A stretch of DNA of 64,000 nucleotides from a bacterium (GCA_965261595.1 CBDHDG010000006.1:384001-448000), one strand, 5' to 3'; shown: positions 1 to 10,324, counted from the first letter of the stretch. A program made the numbers and translations. The notes: generated from the sequence alone by a model not told the origin.

Positions 1-48
1 TGCCGACAGGGACCCGATGACGCGGAAAATAGACAGGTGAATGCGGAC

Positions 49-1584
49 ATGAGCGAAACGCGCGACATCGACTTATCCAAGGGCGGCGTTCACGATTACC
101 ACCGCACCGTCCGGTGGCTGGAATCTCTGATCGACCTCCCCATTTACGACCACCGGGACTTTCCGGCGGAGAAGGGGCAGCCGTTCGTCCTGGGGCTTCG
201 GCGGTTCGTCGAGTTCCTGGACGCCCTGGGCATCTCCATCGAGGACGGCAACGGGCCCGAGATCACCCACGTGGCGGGGACGAGCGGGAAGGGGTCCGTC
301 TCGGCCTTCCTGGCCGCCATCCTCTTCGAGGAGGAGAAGACCCGGTCCCGGCCGCGCGGCGTCGGGTCCTTTTTCTCCCCCCATGTCTCCTCCCTCACCG
401 AGCGCACCTGGTCGGACGGGAAGCTCATCGACCCGGCCGGCCTCGACCGGATCGTCGAGCGCATGAAACCCCACATCCAGCGCGCCTATCTCGAAGGGAA
501 GTACGGCATCCCCTCCTTCTTCGAGATCACCCTGGCCCTCGCCCTCCTTCACTTCCGCGCCCGGGCGGCCGGGCGGGTCATCCTGGAAGTCGGCCTCGGC
601 GGAACGTACGACGCCACCAACGTCTTCGCGAAGACCGCGCTTTCCATCATCACGAAGATCGGCCTCGACCACACCGACATCCTCGGAAGCACCATCGGGC
701 AGATCGCTGCCGAGAAGGCCGGGATCGTCAAGCCGGGCGGCCTGGTTCTCTCCGGCGTCCAGACGCCTCGCGCCCAAAAGGTCATCCGGGAAGTCTGCGC
801 GGAGCGCAAGGCCCAACTCATCTCGCTCAACGACACGCCCCTGGGCGCGGCCGCCGGCCTGCGGGAAACCCGGCCGGACGGAAGCGTCTTCGACTTTCTC
901 CCCGGCCCGGTGACCAGCCTGACCTCCATCCGGAACCTCGAAATCCGCATGCCGGGGATCCACCAGGTCCAGAATGCGTGCCTGGCCGCCGCCGCCGCCC
1001 AGCTTCACGGCGTGGGCGAGGAGGCCATCCGCCGGGGTCTCGCGAAGACCCGCCTCCCCGCCCGGGTCGAGGTCGTCGGCGACGCCCCGACCGTCGTGCT
1101 GGACGGCGCCCACAACACCGACAAGGCGCGCGCGCTCCGCAACGCCCTCGACCTGACGCCCGCCTCCGGACGGCTCTTTGTCCTGGGCGTCCTGGGAGAC
1201 AAGGACGTGGACGGCCTCTGCGAAGTCCTCCTGCCGGGAAGCGCGGGCGTGTTCGTGACCCGTCCGTCGAGACCGCCGCGGCCCGCCTGCGACCCGAAGC
1301 GTCTCGCGGAGGCGGCCTCCCGCTTCTCGCCGGTCCGGGGCGTCTTCCTGGACCCCTTCGATGCCGTGGAAGCCGCCCTGAACGCGGCGAAAGAGAACGA
1401 CTTGGTCTGCGTAACGGGGTCCCTCTTTCTGGCCGGCGAGGTCCGCGAGCGCTGGCGGCCCCTGAGAGACATCCTGCGGGAAGGAACGTCTTTTCCGGAT
1501 ACGTCCGAGGCCGGCGAGATCAAAGCGTCCGGAACCCCTTCGAACGTCGCCTCCGGTTCACGGGGCGGCGGCGCAAGGCGATAA
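49..1584 (+). CDS. folC: Bifunctional dihydrofolate/folylpolyglutamate synthase
   Basis: Motifs HVAGTSGKGS, FSPH, ILEVGLGG-YDATN, IGLDH, VLDGAHN and VTGSLFLAGE; AGGTGA RBS before ATG 49. Confidence 0.93.
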   Translation: MSETRDIDLSKGGVHDYHRTVRWLESLIDLPIYDHRDFPAEKGQPFVLGLRRFVEFLDALGISIEDGNGPEITHVAGTSGKGSVSAFLAAILFEEEKTRSRPRGVGSFFSPHVSSLTERTWSDGKLIDPAGLDRIVERMKPHIQRAYLEGKYGIPSFFEITLALALLHFRARAAGRVILEVGLGGTYDATNVFAKTALSIITKIGLDHTDILGSTIGQIAAEKAGIVKPGGLVLSGVQTPRAQKVIREVCAERKAQLISLNDTPLGAAAGLRETRPDGSVFDFLPGPVTSLTSIRNLEIRMPGIHQVQNACLAAAAAQLHGVGEEAIRRGLAKTRLPARVEVVGDAPTVVLDGAHNTDKARALRNALDLTPASGRLFVLGVLGDKDVDGLCEVLLPGSAGVFVTRPSRPPRPACDPKRLAEAASRFSPVRGVFLDPFDAVEAALNAAKENDLVCVTGSLFLAGEVRERWRPLRDILREGTSFPDTSEAGEIKASGTPSNVASGSRGGGARR

Positions 1585-1744
1585 ACCGAGTCTCTGAAAC
1601 GCCGAAACCCCTCCGGATCCGGGAATGAACATGGCGGGCTTCAAAGAAAGCGCGAGGCCGGCGGAAGGGCTGTCCCCCCCCCCTCCCCCTCCTCCCCCCC
1701 CGGCTCATCTTCGAAGGACGGCGTCCGCCCAGCCCGAAAAAGAA

Positions 1745-2632
1745 ATGACCGCGCCCCGCGGCGACGCTGGCCCCATTCTCCACCTCGGCGGAAAATCCCT
1801 GAGTCTCGCCCGCCCCCTGATCATGGGGGTCGTGAACATCACGCCCGACTCCTTTTCGGACGGCGGACGGTTCTTCGATCCTGACGCGGCGCTTCAACAC
1901 GCCCGCCGGCTGCTGGACGAGGGGGCGGACATCCTCGACCTCGGCGCGGAATCCACCCGCCCCGGCTCCGTCCGGATCACCGCCGAAGAAGAGCTCCGCC
2001 GCCTCTTGCCGGTCCTGGAACCCCTTCTGGAAGAAAAGGGGGGGGGGGACCGAACCGTCCTGTCCGTGGACACCTCCAGCCCGGAAGTGGCCGAGGCGGC
2101 GCTGCGCCGGGGCGTTCCCCTGATCAACGACGTCCGGGGGCTGCGGGACCCGGACCTTCGAGACGTGATCGGGGGGTTCAAGGCCGCCGCGCTCATCATG
2201 CACATGCGGGGCGAGCCGGAAACCATGCAGGACGATCCCCGGTATGGCGACGTCGTCGCGGAGATCAAGGCGCACCTGGCGCGTCAGGCGGAGCGGGCCG
2301 CCGCCTCGGGGATCCGGGAGGTGATCATCGACCCGGGGATCGGGTTCGGAAAAACCCTGGAGCACAACCTGGCGCTGATCCGGAACCTGTCCGATTTCCG
2401 GGAGCTGGGGCGTCCCGTCTGCCTGGGCGTGAGCCGGAAGGCCTTTATCGGCGAGATCACCGGGGCTCCGGACGCCCAGGACCGTCTGGAAGGGACCATC
2501 GTCGCCAACGCCTTCGGCCTGGGGGCGGGGGCGGACATCCTCCGCGTGCACGACGTTCAAGCGGCCGTGCGCACGGTGAAGATGGTCGAGGCCCTCCGGG
2601 GGCCGGAAGGGGGGGGGGGGATTTCATTTTGA
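1745..2632 (+). CDS. folP: Dihydropteroate synthase (start uncertain; ORF open from 1625)
   Basis: IMGVVNITPDSFSDGG, GAESTRPG, IDPGIGFGK, GVSRK, ILRVHDV. Confidence 0.95.
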   Translation: MTAPRGDAGPILHLGGKSLSLARPLIMGVVNITPDSFSDGGRFFDPDAALQHARRLLDEGADILDLGAESTRPGSVRITAEEELRRLLPVLEPLLEEKGGGDRTVLSVDTSSPEVAEAALRRGVPLINDVRGLRDPDLRDVIGGFKAAALIMHMRGEPETMQDDPRYGDVVAEIKAHLARQAERAAASGIREVIIDPGIGFGKTLEHNLALIRNLSDFRELGRPVCLGVSRKAFIGEITGAPDAQDRLEGTIVANAFGLGAGADILRVHDVQAAVRTVKMVEALRGPEGGGGISF

Positions 2633-2955
2633 TTGCGTGAAATCGGCCGGCGTCTTATGTAAACTGAATGGCCATGCATTTCATTGACGGACCCGCACAA
2701 ACTCCGTAAAGGAGTTTTCCTTCGACCTGACAAATCCAAAAGGAATCCCGCAACGTAGATCATCTGATGCGGCTATTGGGGTAAAATATCCTCTTCTCCG
2801 CTTCCGCGGGCATCGGTCAGCGGAAGCGGCCGGGGGGCCGAGAAGATATTCAACGATTGGGAACTTCCCGGGGCATCACGGGGTCTAAGGTTGAAGGAGG
2901 GCGAGCGTTCCCCCATCGACCGCACAGGGGCGACAGATTGGGTTGGAGATAAGCC

Positions 2956-3906
2956 ATGATCGATGTCCAAAGCCAGCGCGACACCCGTAAAGTCCCATTG
3001 AAAAAGGTGGGCGTGAAAGACGTCCGCTATCCGATCACGGTCCGTGACAAGGCCAAGGGCGAGCAGCACACGACGGCCACCTTCAACATGTACGTGGAGG
3101 TCCCCCACCACTTCAAGGGGACCCACATGAGCCGGTTCCTCGAGATCCTCAACAAATTCCGAAACGGCGTGAGCATCGGAGGATTCCATGACATCCTGGA
3201 TGCCATGCGGGTCCGCCTCGATGCCGATGCCGCCCACCTGTCCATCGCCTTCCCGTATTTCATTGAGAAAAAGGCCCCGATCTCGGGCATTCCCAGCATC
3301 ATGGATTTCGAGTGCACCTTCTCGGGGACCTCCGGGCCGGGAAAAAAGCGGGACTTCATCCTCGGCGTCACCGTTCCCATTACGACCCTGTGTCCCTGCT
3401 CGAAGGCCATCAGCGCGTTCGGGGCGCACAACCAGCGGGGGCTGATCACCGCCCGGACCCGATTCCAGGACTCGGTCTGGATCGAAGACCTGATCGAGTT
3501 GATCGAAGTCAAGGCGGGCAACCGCATCTACGCCCTCCTGAAGCGGTCGGATGAGAAGTTCGTCACCGAGCAGGCCTACAACAACCCCATGTTCGTCGAG
3601 GACGTGGTCCGCGAGGTGTACGGGGCCCTTCATTCGGACCCCAACTTCACGTGGTTCAGCGTGGAGTGCGAGAACTTCGAGAGCATCCACAACCACCAGG
3701 CGTACGCCTACACCGACTTCGAGCGCAAGCCGTCGGCCGCGAAAAAGACGGCGGCCCGGGCGGCTTCCCCCGCTCTGAAAACCAAGAACGGGCACCCGAA
3801 AAAGTCCGCCCCCGCCTCCAGGGCCGCCAACGGCCGCACCGCCAACGGGCAAAAGTCCAACAGCCGAAGCCCGGCCAAACGCCGGGTCCCGGCCAAGACG
3901 AGATAG
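2956..3906 (+). CDS. folE2: GTP cyclohydrolase IB (FolE2) with basic C-terminal tail
   Basis: KGTHMSRF, TTLCPCSK, GAHNQRG, NPMFVEDVVR, ESIHNH; GGAG RBS. Confidence 0.95.
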   Translation: MIDVQSQRDTRKVPLKKVGVKDVRYPITVRDKAKGEQHTTATFNMYVEVPHHFKGTHMSRFLEILNKFRNGVSIGGFHDILDAMRVRLDADAAHLSIAFPYFIEKKAPISGIPSIMDFECTFSGTSGPGKKRDFILGVTVPITTLCPCSKAISAFGAHNQRGLITARTRFQDSVWIEDLIELIEVKAGNRIYALLKRSDEKFVTEQAYNNPMFVEDVVREVYGALHSDPNFTWFSVECENFESIHNHQAYAYTDFERKPSAAKKTAARAASPALKTKNGHPKKSAPASRAANGRTANGQKSNSRSPAKRRVPAKTR

Positions 3907-3936
3907 CGGGCCTCGGGCCGATTCCGGAACCGGCGA

Positions 3937-4887
3937 TTGAGGGTTCTCATCCAGGGCGCGGGAGCCCTCGGCTCCCTGCTGGGATATCATCTGGCCGAAG
4001 CGGGCCATGAAGTCACCCTCGGCCTCCGGCGCCGGCCCGACGCTTGGCCCCGCCAAGACGGCTCACCCGTACTTTCCCTTTTCTCCCCGAATTCCAAAAA
4101 CAAGAAGACCGTCCCCATCCGGCTCACCTGGCCGGAGCGGAGGGATACACCCGCCGATCTCCTTCTCCTGACCACCAAGGCCCAGGACGCCGAAGAGGCC
4201 GCCCGCCGGGCCGAACCCCTCCTCCTGCCCGAGGGGGCGGCCGTTTTGCTCTCCAACGGGTTGGGGCTCGAGCGCGCCGTCTCGGCGCGCCTGTCCGGGC
4301 GCCTTTTCCTGCGGGGTCTCGCCTACTGCGGCGCCCTCCTGGAATCCCCCGGCGGCGTCCGGGACACCGGCGCGGGCCGGATCGTCTTCGGTTTGTGGGA
4401 AAATGAAGGGCAAGCGGCGTCGGACGCCGGCGGCCGGTTGGAATCGATCCTCCGGACGTTCCGCGAGGCGGGGATCGCCGCGGAGGCCGCGCCCCGGCTG
4501 GACTTGGCGCTCTGGGGAAAGGCCATGGCCAACCTGGCCATCAACCCCCTGGGCGCCCTCGCGCGCGTGCGAAACGGCGTCGTCGGGACCGACCCGCGCC
4601 TCAGCGCCCTCGGAAAGAAAATCCTCGAAGAGGCCCGCGCCGTGGCGGCGTCGGAAGGCGTGTCCATCGGACGGGAGGAGGCGGAAGAAATCTTCCGTTC
4701 GACGGCGGCGGCCACGGCCGAAAACGAGAACTCCATGCTGCGCGACCTCTTGTCGGGAAAACGGACGGAGATCGACCACCTCAACGGGGCCGTGGCCCGA
4801 AGGGCGAAAGAGCGGGGCATGGCCGCCCCGTTGAATTCGGCCCTCGCCGCTTGGGTGCGCTCCTATCATCCGGGGGCCCGGTCTTGA
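3937..4887 (+). CDS. panE: Ketopantoate reductase (PanE/ApbA family)
   Basis: GAGALG Rossmann motif, TTKA, NG(L)G, W-K--N-AINP, NSMLRDL--GKRTEIDHLNG. Confidence 0.88.
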   Translation: MRVLIQGAGALGSLLGYHLAEAGHEVTLGLRRRPDAWPRQDGSPVLSLFSPNSKNKKTVPIRLTWPERRDTPADLLLLTTKAQDAEEAARRAEPLLLPEGAAVLLSNGLGLERAVSARLSGRLFLRGLAYCGALLESPGGVRDTGAGRIVFGLWENEGQAASDAGGRLESILRTFREAGIAAEAAPRLDLALWGKAMANLAINPLGALARVRNGVVGTDPRLSALGKKILEEARAVAASEGVSIGREEAEEIFRSTAAATAENENSMLRDLLSGKRTEIDHLNGAVARRAKERGMAAPLNSALAAWVRSYHPGARS

Positions 4888-6314
4888 CGTTGAAACAGCG
4901 GCCCGCCGGCCGCGATCGAACCCTCCCGAATGACCGTGTCCGGCGGGCCCGGGAGCTGGGAATCGATCCCTATCCCGCCCGCTGTCACGCCAAGACCCCC
5001 GTCTCGACGATCCTCGAGCCGGGTGCTTTGGAAGAGTGCTGGGCCGCCGGCCGGATTCGCGGGATCCGAACCCAAGACGGCGGCCGGTCGATCGTCCTGT
5101 CCGACCTGACGGGAAGCCTGAGGATCCGAGTGCGCCCGGAGGGGATTTCCGGCGCCGGGCGGAAGGTCCTGGGGTTCATCCGGCCGGGCGACATCATCGA
5201 GGCGCGCGGCCGTCTTTCAGAAGGGGAATTTCTCGCCGATGAGGTCCGGCTTCTCGCGGCCGGGGCCGAGCCGGAAGGAGCGGGGGCGGCGGGAATCCCC
5301 GCCGCCGGGACGCTGCGGCTCCGCGCAAGTCTCCTGAAGGCCGTCCGGGGATTTTTCGACAGCCGCGGATTTCTCGAAGTGGAGACGCCCGCCCTGCTCG
5401 CCGCGCCCGATCCGGCCCCGCACCTGGATTCCTTCGTCACCGAGTACGCCGATGCCCGGGGCCGGCGGCGGTTCTTCCTCCAAACCTCGCCCGAGCTCCC
5501 GATGAAGCGCCTCCTCGGCGCCGGCCACGAACGCATCTATCAGATCGCGAAGTTTTTCCGGAACGGAGAGCGGACTGCCCTGCACAACCCGGAATTTACG
5601 GGAATCGAGTGGTACGAGGCCTACGCCGACTATCGGTCGGCCATGGAGACCGCCGAAACCCTGGTGGCCTCCGTCACGAAAGAAGTCCTGGGCGAGACCC
5701 GGCTGCGGGTTGGGGGGGGGGGCGGCGCCCTCGATCTGAGTCCGCCGTGGGAGCGTATTCGTGTTCGCGACGCCTTCATCCGCCACGCCGGAATCGACCT
5801 CCGGGCGTGCATGAGCCGGGCGGACCTGGCGGAATCAGCCCGGAAGTCGGGCGTGCACGTCACCCCGGACGACTCGTGGGAGGACCTGTTTTTCAAGATC
5901 TCCCTGGAGCGCGTCGAGCCGATGTTGGGCCGCTCACGGCCGACCCTGCTCTTCGATTACCCTGCCCCCCTGTCCCTGCTGGCGAAGCGAAAGATCGACG
6001 ACCCGGCGGTCGCGGAGCGGTTCGAGATCTTCGCGGGGGGCATGGAGCTGGCTAACGGTTTCACCGAGCTCAACGATCCGGCCGAGCAGCGCGACCGCTG
6101 GGAGCGGGAGCTGGACGTCCGGCGAAGCGGAGATCCCGACGCCCCCTCCCCCTCCCCCCTCCCGCCGCTGGACGAGGAATTTCTCGAAGCCCTGGAGGGC
6201 GGCGTCCCCCCGGCGGCCGGCGTCGCGCTGGGCCTGGACCGGTGGGTCATGTTGCTGGCGGGGTGTGCGGACATCGGCGAGGTCCGGTGCTTTGCGTTCG
6301 ACGCCCAAGGCTGA
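4884..6314 (+). CDS. epmA: EF-P lysyltransferase EpmA/GenX-like protein with N-terminal LysRS-type OB domain
   Basis: LEVETP, LQTSPELPMKRLL, FRNGE--HNPEFT, AERFE, ELANGFTEL-DP-EQ, GVALGLDR; TTG start overlaps the panE stop (TTGA). Confidence 0.8.
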   Translation: MTLKQRPAGRDRTLPNDRVRRARELGIDPYPARCHAKTPVSTILEPGALEECWAAGRIRGIRTQDGGRSIVLSDLTGSLRIRVRPEGISGAGRKVLGFIRPGDIIEARGRLSEGEFLADEVRLLAAGAEPEGAGAAGIPAAGTLRLRASLLKAVRGFFDSRGFLEVETPALLAAPDPAPHLDSFVTEYADARGRRRFFLQTSPELPMKRLLGAGHERIYQIAKFFRNGERTALHNPEFTGIEWYEAYADYRSAMETAETLVASVTKEVLGETRLRVGGGGGALDLSPPWERIRVRDAFIRHAGIDLRACMSRADLAESARKSGVHVTPDDSWEDLFFKISLERVEPMLGRSRPTLLFDYPAPLSLLAKRKIDDPAVAERFEIFAGGMELANGFTELNDPAEQRDRWERELDVRRSGDPDAPSPSPLPPLDEEFLEALEGGVPPAAGVALGLDRWVMLLAGCADIGEVRCFAFDAQG

Positions 6315-6381
6315 GCGTCGCGCGTTCTCTATCGCGAATGGGAAACAGGGATTCTCGGGCGCCTTCCCGGAACGGGGGACC

Positions 6382-7362
6382 ATGAGGGTGAACATCCGGT
6401 CGAGATGGGCCGCCGCCGCGCTCGGTTTGGGATTGCTCCCCGGGGCCTGCTCCCTCCCCCCCCTCCCCTCCCCATCGGGGTTTTTTGAGGCGTTCAATCA
6501 CCCGAAGCGCACGCTCAAGGACACCGTCCGTTTGCTGGAGCGGAAATCCGGCGGCGAGAGACGGAAGGCCCTCGAAACGATCCTCCGGGACCTGGGCGTC
6601 CGCTATGAAGTCCAGCGTTACCCGGCCGGCCCGGACGCGGCCGGGCCGGGCGAAGGGGCGAATATCTTCTTCGACCTCGGCGGCGGCGCGAAGACCCTCA
6701 TCGTTTCCGCCCACCATGACGCCGTCCCGGGCAGTCCCGGCGCGAACGACGACGCCTCGTGCGTCAGCGCAATCCTGGACGCATACGCCAGACTCCGGCG
6801 GACGCCGCCGGCCAATCTGAAGGTCCGGTTCATCTTCTTCGACGGCGAGGAAATCGGCCTGAAGGGGTCGAAGGAATACGTCCGCGCCCATGACCTGAAA
6901 AACATTCTCGCCATGTTCAGTCTGGAGCTCTGCGGCATCGGGGATGCGGCGGCGGTCTGGGAGTCCGAAGAGACGGAGAGAAAAACCCCGGCGATCCGGG
7001 CGCTCCTTGAAACCCTCGAAGAAAACAACGTCGCCCACCTCGTCGAAGGAGACATCCCGAAATTCGGCTCGGACCACGAGTCCTTCAGGAAGGCGGGGAT
7101 TCCCGCGCTGGCCCTATCCATCTTCCCGAAAAAGGAAGAATCGATCCTGCGGGAATTCATTTTCAATCCGGGCTCGCCCAAGTGGGCCGACCGCGGGCGC
7201 CGGCCCTCCATTCTTTCGGCATTACCACACGCCGAACGACACGGCCGGCCGATTGCGCGAGGACGCCATGGCCTTGATGTCGGAGATCATCCACCGGACG
7301 GTCTTGAGACTGGACCGAACGCTAAAAAAAATCAAAGCGGATCGTTTCGGGACGCGCCGTAA
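6382..7362 (+). CDS. M28 family metallopeptidase lipoprotein; frameshift near 7213, true 3' end uncertain
   Basis: Lipobox LPGAC; SAHHD, PGANDDASC, FDGEEIG, SDHESF; the terminal YHTPND motif lies in another frame (ORF 6944..7912). Confidence 0.8.
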   Translation: MRVNIRSRWAAAALGLGLLPGACSLPPLPSPSGFFEAFNHPKRTLKDTVRLLERKSGGERRKALETILRDLGVRYEVQRYPAGPDAAGPGEGANIFFDLGGGAKTLIVSAHHDAVPGSPGANDDASCVSAILDAYARLRRTPPANLKVRFIFFDGEEIGLKGSKEYVRAHDLKNILAMFSLELCGIGDAAAVWESEETERKTPAIRALLETLEENNVAHLVEGDIPKFGSDHESFRKAGIPALALSIFPKKEESILREFIFNPGSPKWADRGRRPSILSALPHAERHGRPIARGRHGLDVGDHPPDGLETGPNAKKNQSGSFRDAP

Positions 7363-7417
7363 ATTTGCATATCCGGCCACGGCCAACTCTTCGGAACCTC
7401 ACGGATTCTTCGACCGC

Positions 7418-7840
7418 TTATCCCCCCTCTCTCCCCCTCCCCCCCTTCCCCTCGGGCGGTTCGCCCTCCAGGATCACGCTGGCCAGGGCCAGGTCCCGGG
7501 AGTGGGACAGGCTCAGGTGCGCGCGGCGCACCCCCAGGGCGTCGGCCACATCACGGGCGACGCCCGTGAACCGCAGCGTCGGGGGGCCGCCCTCTTCCCG
7601 GAGGACCTCTACGTCTTTCCAGGTGATCCCGCGCGCCCACCCCACGCCCAGGGCCTTCAAGGCCGCCTCCTTCGCCGCGAAGCGGACCGCAAGGTGCTCA
7701 TCGGGACGTCCTTTCGACTCGCAGTAGGCCCGCTCTCCAGGCGTGAAGACGCGGCGGTGGAACCGCTCGCCGTACCGCTTGCCGGCTTGGGCCATCCGCT
7801 CGATTTCCAACAGGTCGGACCCGATCCCCAGAATCACCAC
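7418..7840 (-). CDS. acpS: Holo-ACP synthase
   Basis: ILGIGSDL, RFAAKEA--KALG, LSLSH; GGAGG RBS before GTG. Confidence 0.93.
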   Translation of the reverse strand: MVILGIGSDLLEIERMAQAGKRYGERFHRRVFTPGERAYCESKGRPDEHLAVRFAAKEAALKALGVGWARGITWKDVEVLREEGGPPTLRFTGVARDVADALGVRRAHLSLSHSRDLALASVILEGEPPEGKGGRGREGG

Positions 7841-8006
7841 GCTTCTTCTCCTCCATGTTGGGCCGGCCGGGACGTTCTCGGTCCGAAAACGTCCGGTCCG
7901 AAAACGCGATGAGAAATTATAGGCCGATTCCGGTTTGACAGAAAAGTTACATCTCTCCCGTTGGATTCCACAGGCAAGGCGCATAAATTTGGAGTCGAGG
8001 TGAGCC

Positions 8007-9617
8007 ATGCGCATACATCAGAGCGGTGAGAAGAGGGCGCGGAGGCGATTCCAGATCATCCTGGGATTGAGCGTTTTGATCCCTTGCGCCCTCCTGGGCG
8101 CCCTCGCGGTGCACATCCTCCGCTCCCGCGAGGCCCAGATGCTCGAAATGGCCCGGTCCCGGACGCGGGCGACCGCGCGGATGGCGGTCTCGGCCGTCGA
8201 GAAGGCCGTGGCGGCGGAGACGGGTGAAATCCTGATGGGGTTCATGAAGGTTGTCCTCGAGCCCGGGCCCTCGTTGAACGAAACATTGAGCGCCTACCTC
8301 GCGGATCACCCCATGTCCGTCGCCGTCTTCGTATTCGGCCGGGAAGGAAAAGTGTCAGGCCGCGCCGTCTCGGGTCCGGGGGGAGAGGGGAAATCCGCCG
8401 CGGCGTTCCGCCCCGGGTCTCCCCTTCTTCAGCGCGTTTACGCCGCGGTCCGGAGCCGGCGGCGCGAAGGGCGGACGGATTTTTCTCTGCACGAGCGGGC
8501 GGGGGATCTCGATCTCCTGATCATTCATACCTCTCTGGGCAAACGCCCGGGCGCCCCCCCCGCCTCTCTCGCCGTCGTCTTGGACTGGGATTGGCTGAAA
8601 AGAAACGTGGTGGCCCCCGTCCTCAAGAGGCAGGCGGGGGGATCGGGCCTCACCATCCGGCTGAGCGGAAAGAAGGCGGGGACGCCGGCCGGGGCGTCCT
8701 CGGCGAGCGCGCCCTTTTCCGAAAGTGTGCCCCTGGGCGCCGTGGAGGTGGGCGGCGTCGAGGCGGCCATCCGCCGGTCGAGAAACCGGGACCGGGTCCT
8801 CCTGGGGGTCGGCCTCGCGCTGGTGTACGTGGTGGCGGCCGGGGGCGTCTCCTTCAGTTGGAGGGTGTTCAGGCGGGAGTGGGCGCTCAACCGCCTCAAG
8901 ACCGATTTCATGGCCAACGTCTCCCACGAGCTGAGGACGCCCCTGTCCCTCATCCGCATGTACGCCGAATCTCTTCTGCTGGGCAGGGTTTCGGATGAAA
9001 CCCGGCGGAACGAGTATCACCAAATCATCGTCCGGGAGACCGGCCGCCTCACGCACCTCATCAACAACGTCCTGGATTTTTCCGAAATCGAGTCGGACCG
9101 CAAGAAGTTCGAGTTCCGCCGGGCGAGCCTGGCGGAGGTGGTGCGGAAGGTTCTGGCCGATTACGGTCCGCATCTCGAACAGGCCGGGAAAAGGCTCGAC
9201 GCCCGCATCGCCGACGACGCGGCCAAGGCGCTCCTGGACGAAGGGGCCGTGACGCAGGCGCTGATCAACCTCCTCGACAACGCCGCGAAGTTCTCGCCGG
9301 ACCCATCCGAGATCACCGTCCGCGTCTACGCCGACGGCGGCCCGGCGCCGGGAAACCTGGTGCTGGAGGTGGCGGATCAGGGAAAAGGGATCGCCCCCGA
9401 TCAGCGCGCGCGCATCTTCGAGCCCTTCTACCGCGTGAATCCCGGAATCGCCCCCCGGGGAAGCGGATTGGGCCTGGCCGTCGTCCGGCACGTGGCCGAA
9501 GCCCACGGCGGGTCGGTCCGGGTCGAGCCGGTCCCGGGGGGCGGGAGCCGGTTCATCCTCCGTCTCCCGCGCGAAATAGAGCCCGCCGGCGGCGCCGCCC
9601 GGGGGGAAGACGCGTGA
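8007..9617 (+). CDS. Membrane sensor histidine kinase
   Basis: Two TM segments, H-box SHELRTP, NLLDNA, DQGKG, GSGLGL. Confidence 0.93.
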   Translation: MRIHQSGEKRARRRFQIILGLSVLIPCALLGALAVHILRSREAQMLEMARSRTRATARMAVSAVEKAVAAETGEILMGFMKVVLEPGPSLNETLSAYLADHPMSVAVFVFGREGKVSGRAVSGPGGEGKSAAAFRPGSPLLQRVYAAVRSRRREGRTDFSLHERAGDLDLLIIHTSLGKRPGAPPASLAVVLDWDWLKRNVVAPVLKRQAGGSGLTIRLSGKKAGTPAGASSASAPFSESVPLGAVEVGGVEAAIRRSRNRDRVLLGVGLALVYVVAAGGVSFSWRVFRREWALNRLKTDFMANVSHELRTPLSLIRMYAESLLLGRVSDETRRNEYHQIIVRETGRLTHLINNVLDFSEIESDRKKFEFRRASLAEVVRKVLADYGPHLEQAGKRLDARIADDAAKALLDEGAVTQALINLLDNAAKFSPDPSEITVRVYADGGPAPGNLVLEVADQGKGIAPDQRARIFEPFYRVNPGIAPRGSGLGLAVVRHVAEAHGGSVRVEPVPGGGSRFILRLPREIEPAGGAARGEDA

Positions 9618-10303
9618 AAAAGGCCCGGATTCTCGTGGTCGATGACGACCGGGACATGGTGCGGGGGCTGGAGGACAACCTCGCCCTCGAGGGCTACGAG
9701 GTCATCACCGCCGCGGACGGAGAGACGGGACTTGCGGCCGCGCTGACCGCCAAGCCGGACCTGGTCATCCTCGACATCCTGATGCCGGGGATGGACGGGT
9801 TGGACGTTTGCCGCCGGCTCCGCCGGCAGAACGCCGAGGTGCGGATCCTCCTCCTGACGGCCAAGGGGCAGGAGTCGGACAAGGTCCTGGGACTGGAGCT
9901 GGGGGCGGACGACTACATCCACAAACCCTTCGGCCTGCTCGAGCTCCTGGCCCGCGTGAAGGCCCACCTGAGAAGGGCGGGTCCGGAGGTCCGGACGGAA
10001 CCCTACCGGTTCGGCGACGCGCGCGTTGATCCCGTCCGGCGTGAAGCGACCCGGGCCGGCGTCCGCGTCGATCTCACCGCGAAGGAGTTCGATCTCCTCG
10101 TCTATTTCCTGGAGCACCCCGGCGAGGCCCTGAGCCGCGACCATCTGCTCGAAAACATCTGGGGGTATGAGCACTATCCCACGACTCGCACGGTGGACAA
10201 CCACGTCCTCAGGCTTCGGAAGAGCCTGGAGCCGGACCCCGCACATCCCCGCCACTTCCTCACGCTTCACAGCGTGGGCTACAAATTCGACCCCGGCGAT
10301 TAA
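9614..10303 (+). CDS. OmpR/PhoB-family response regulator
   Basis: VDDD, LDILMP, GADDY, winged-helix RTVDNH--RLRK; GTGA overlap with the kinase. Confidence 0.95.
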   Translation: MKKARILVVDDDRDMVRGLEDNLALEGYEVITAADGETGLAAALTAKPDLVILDILMPGMDGLDVCRRLRRQNAEVRILLLTAKGQESDKVLGLELGADDYIHKPFGLLELLARVKAHLRRAGPEVRTEPYRFGDARVDPVRREATRAGVRVDLTAKEFDLLVYFLEHPGEALSRDHLLENIWGYEHYPTTRTVDNHVLRLRKSLEPDPAHPRHFLTLHSVGYKFDPGD

Positions 10304-10324
10304 CGAACCCACCGGAACGCATTT

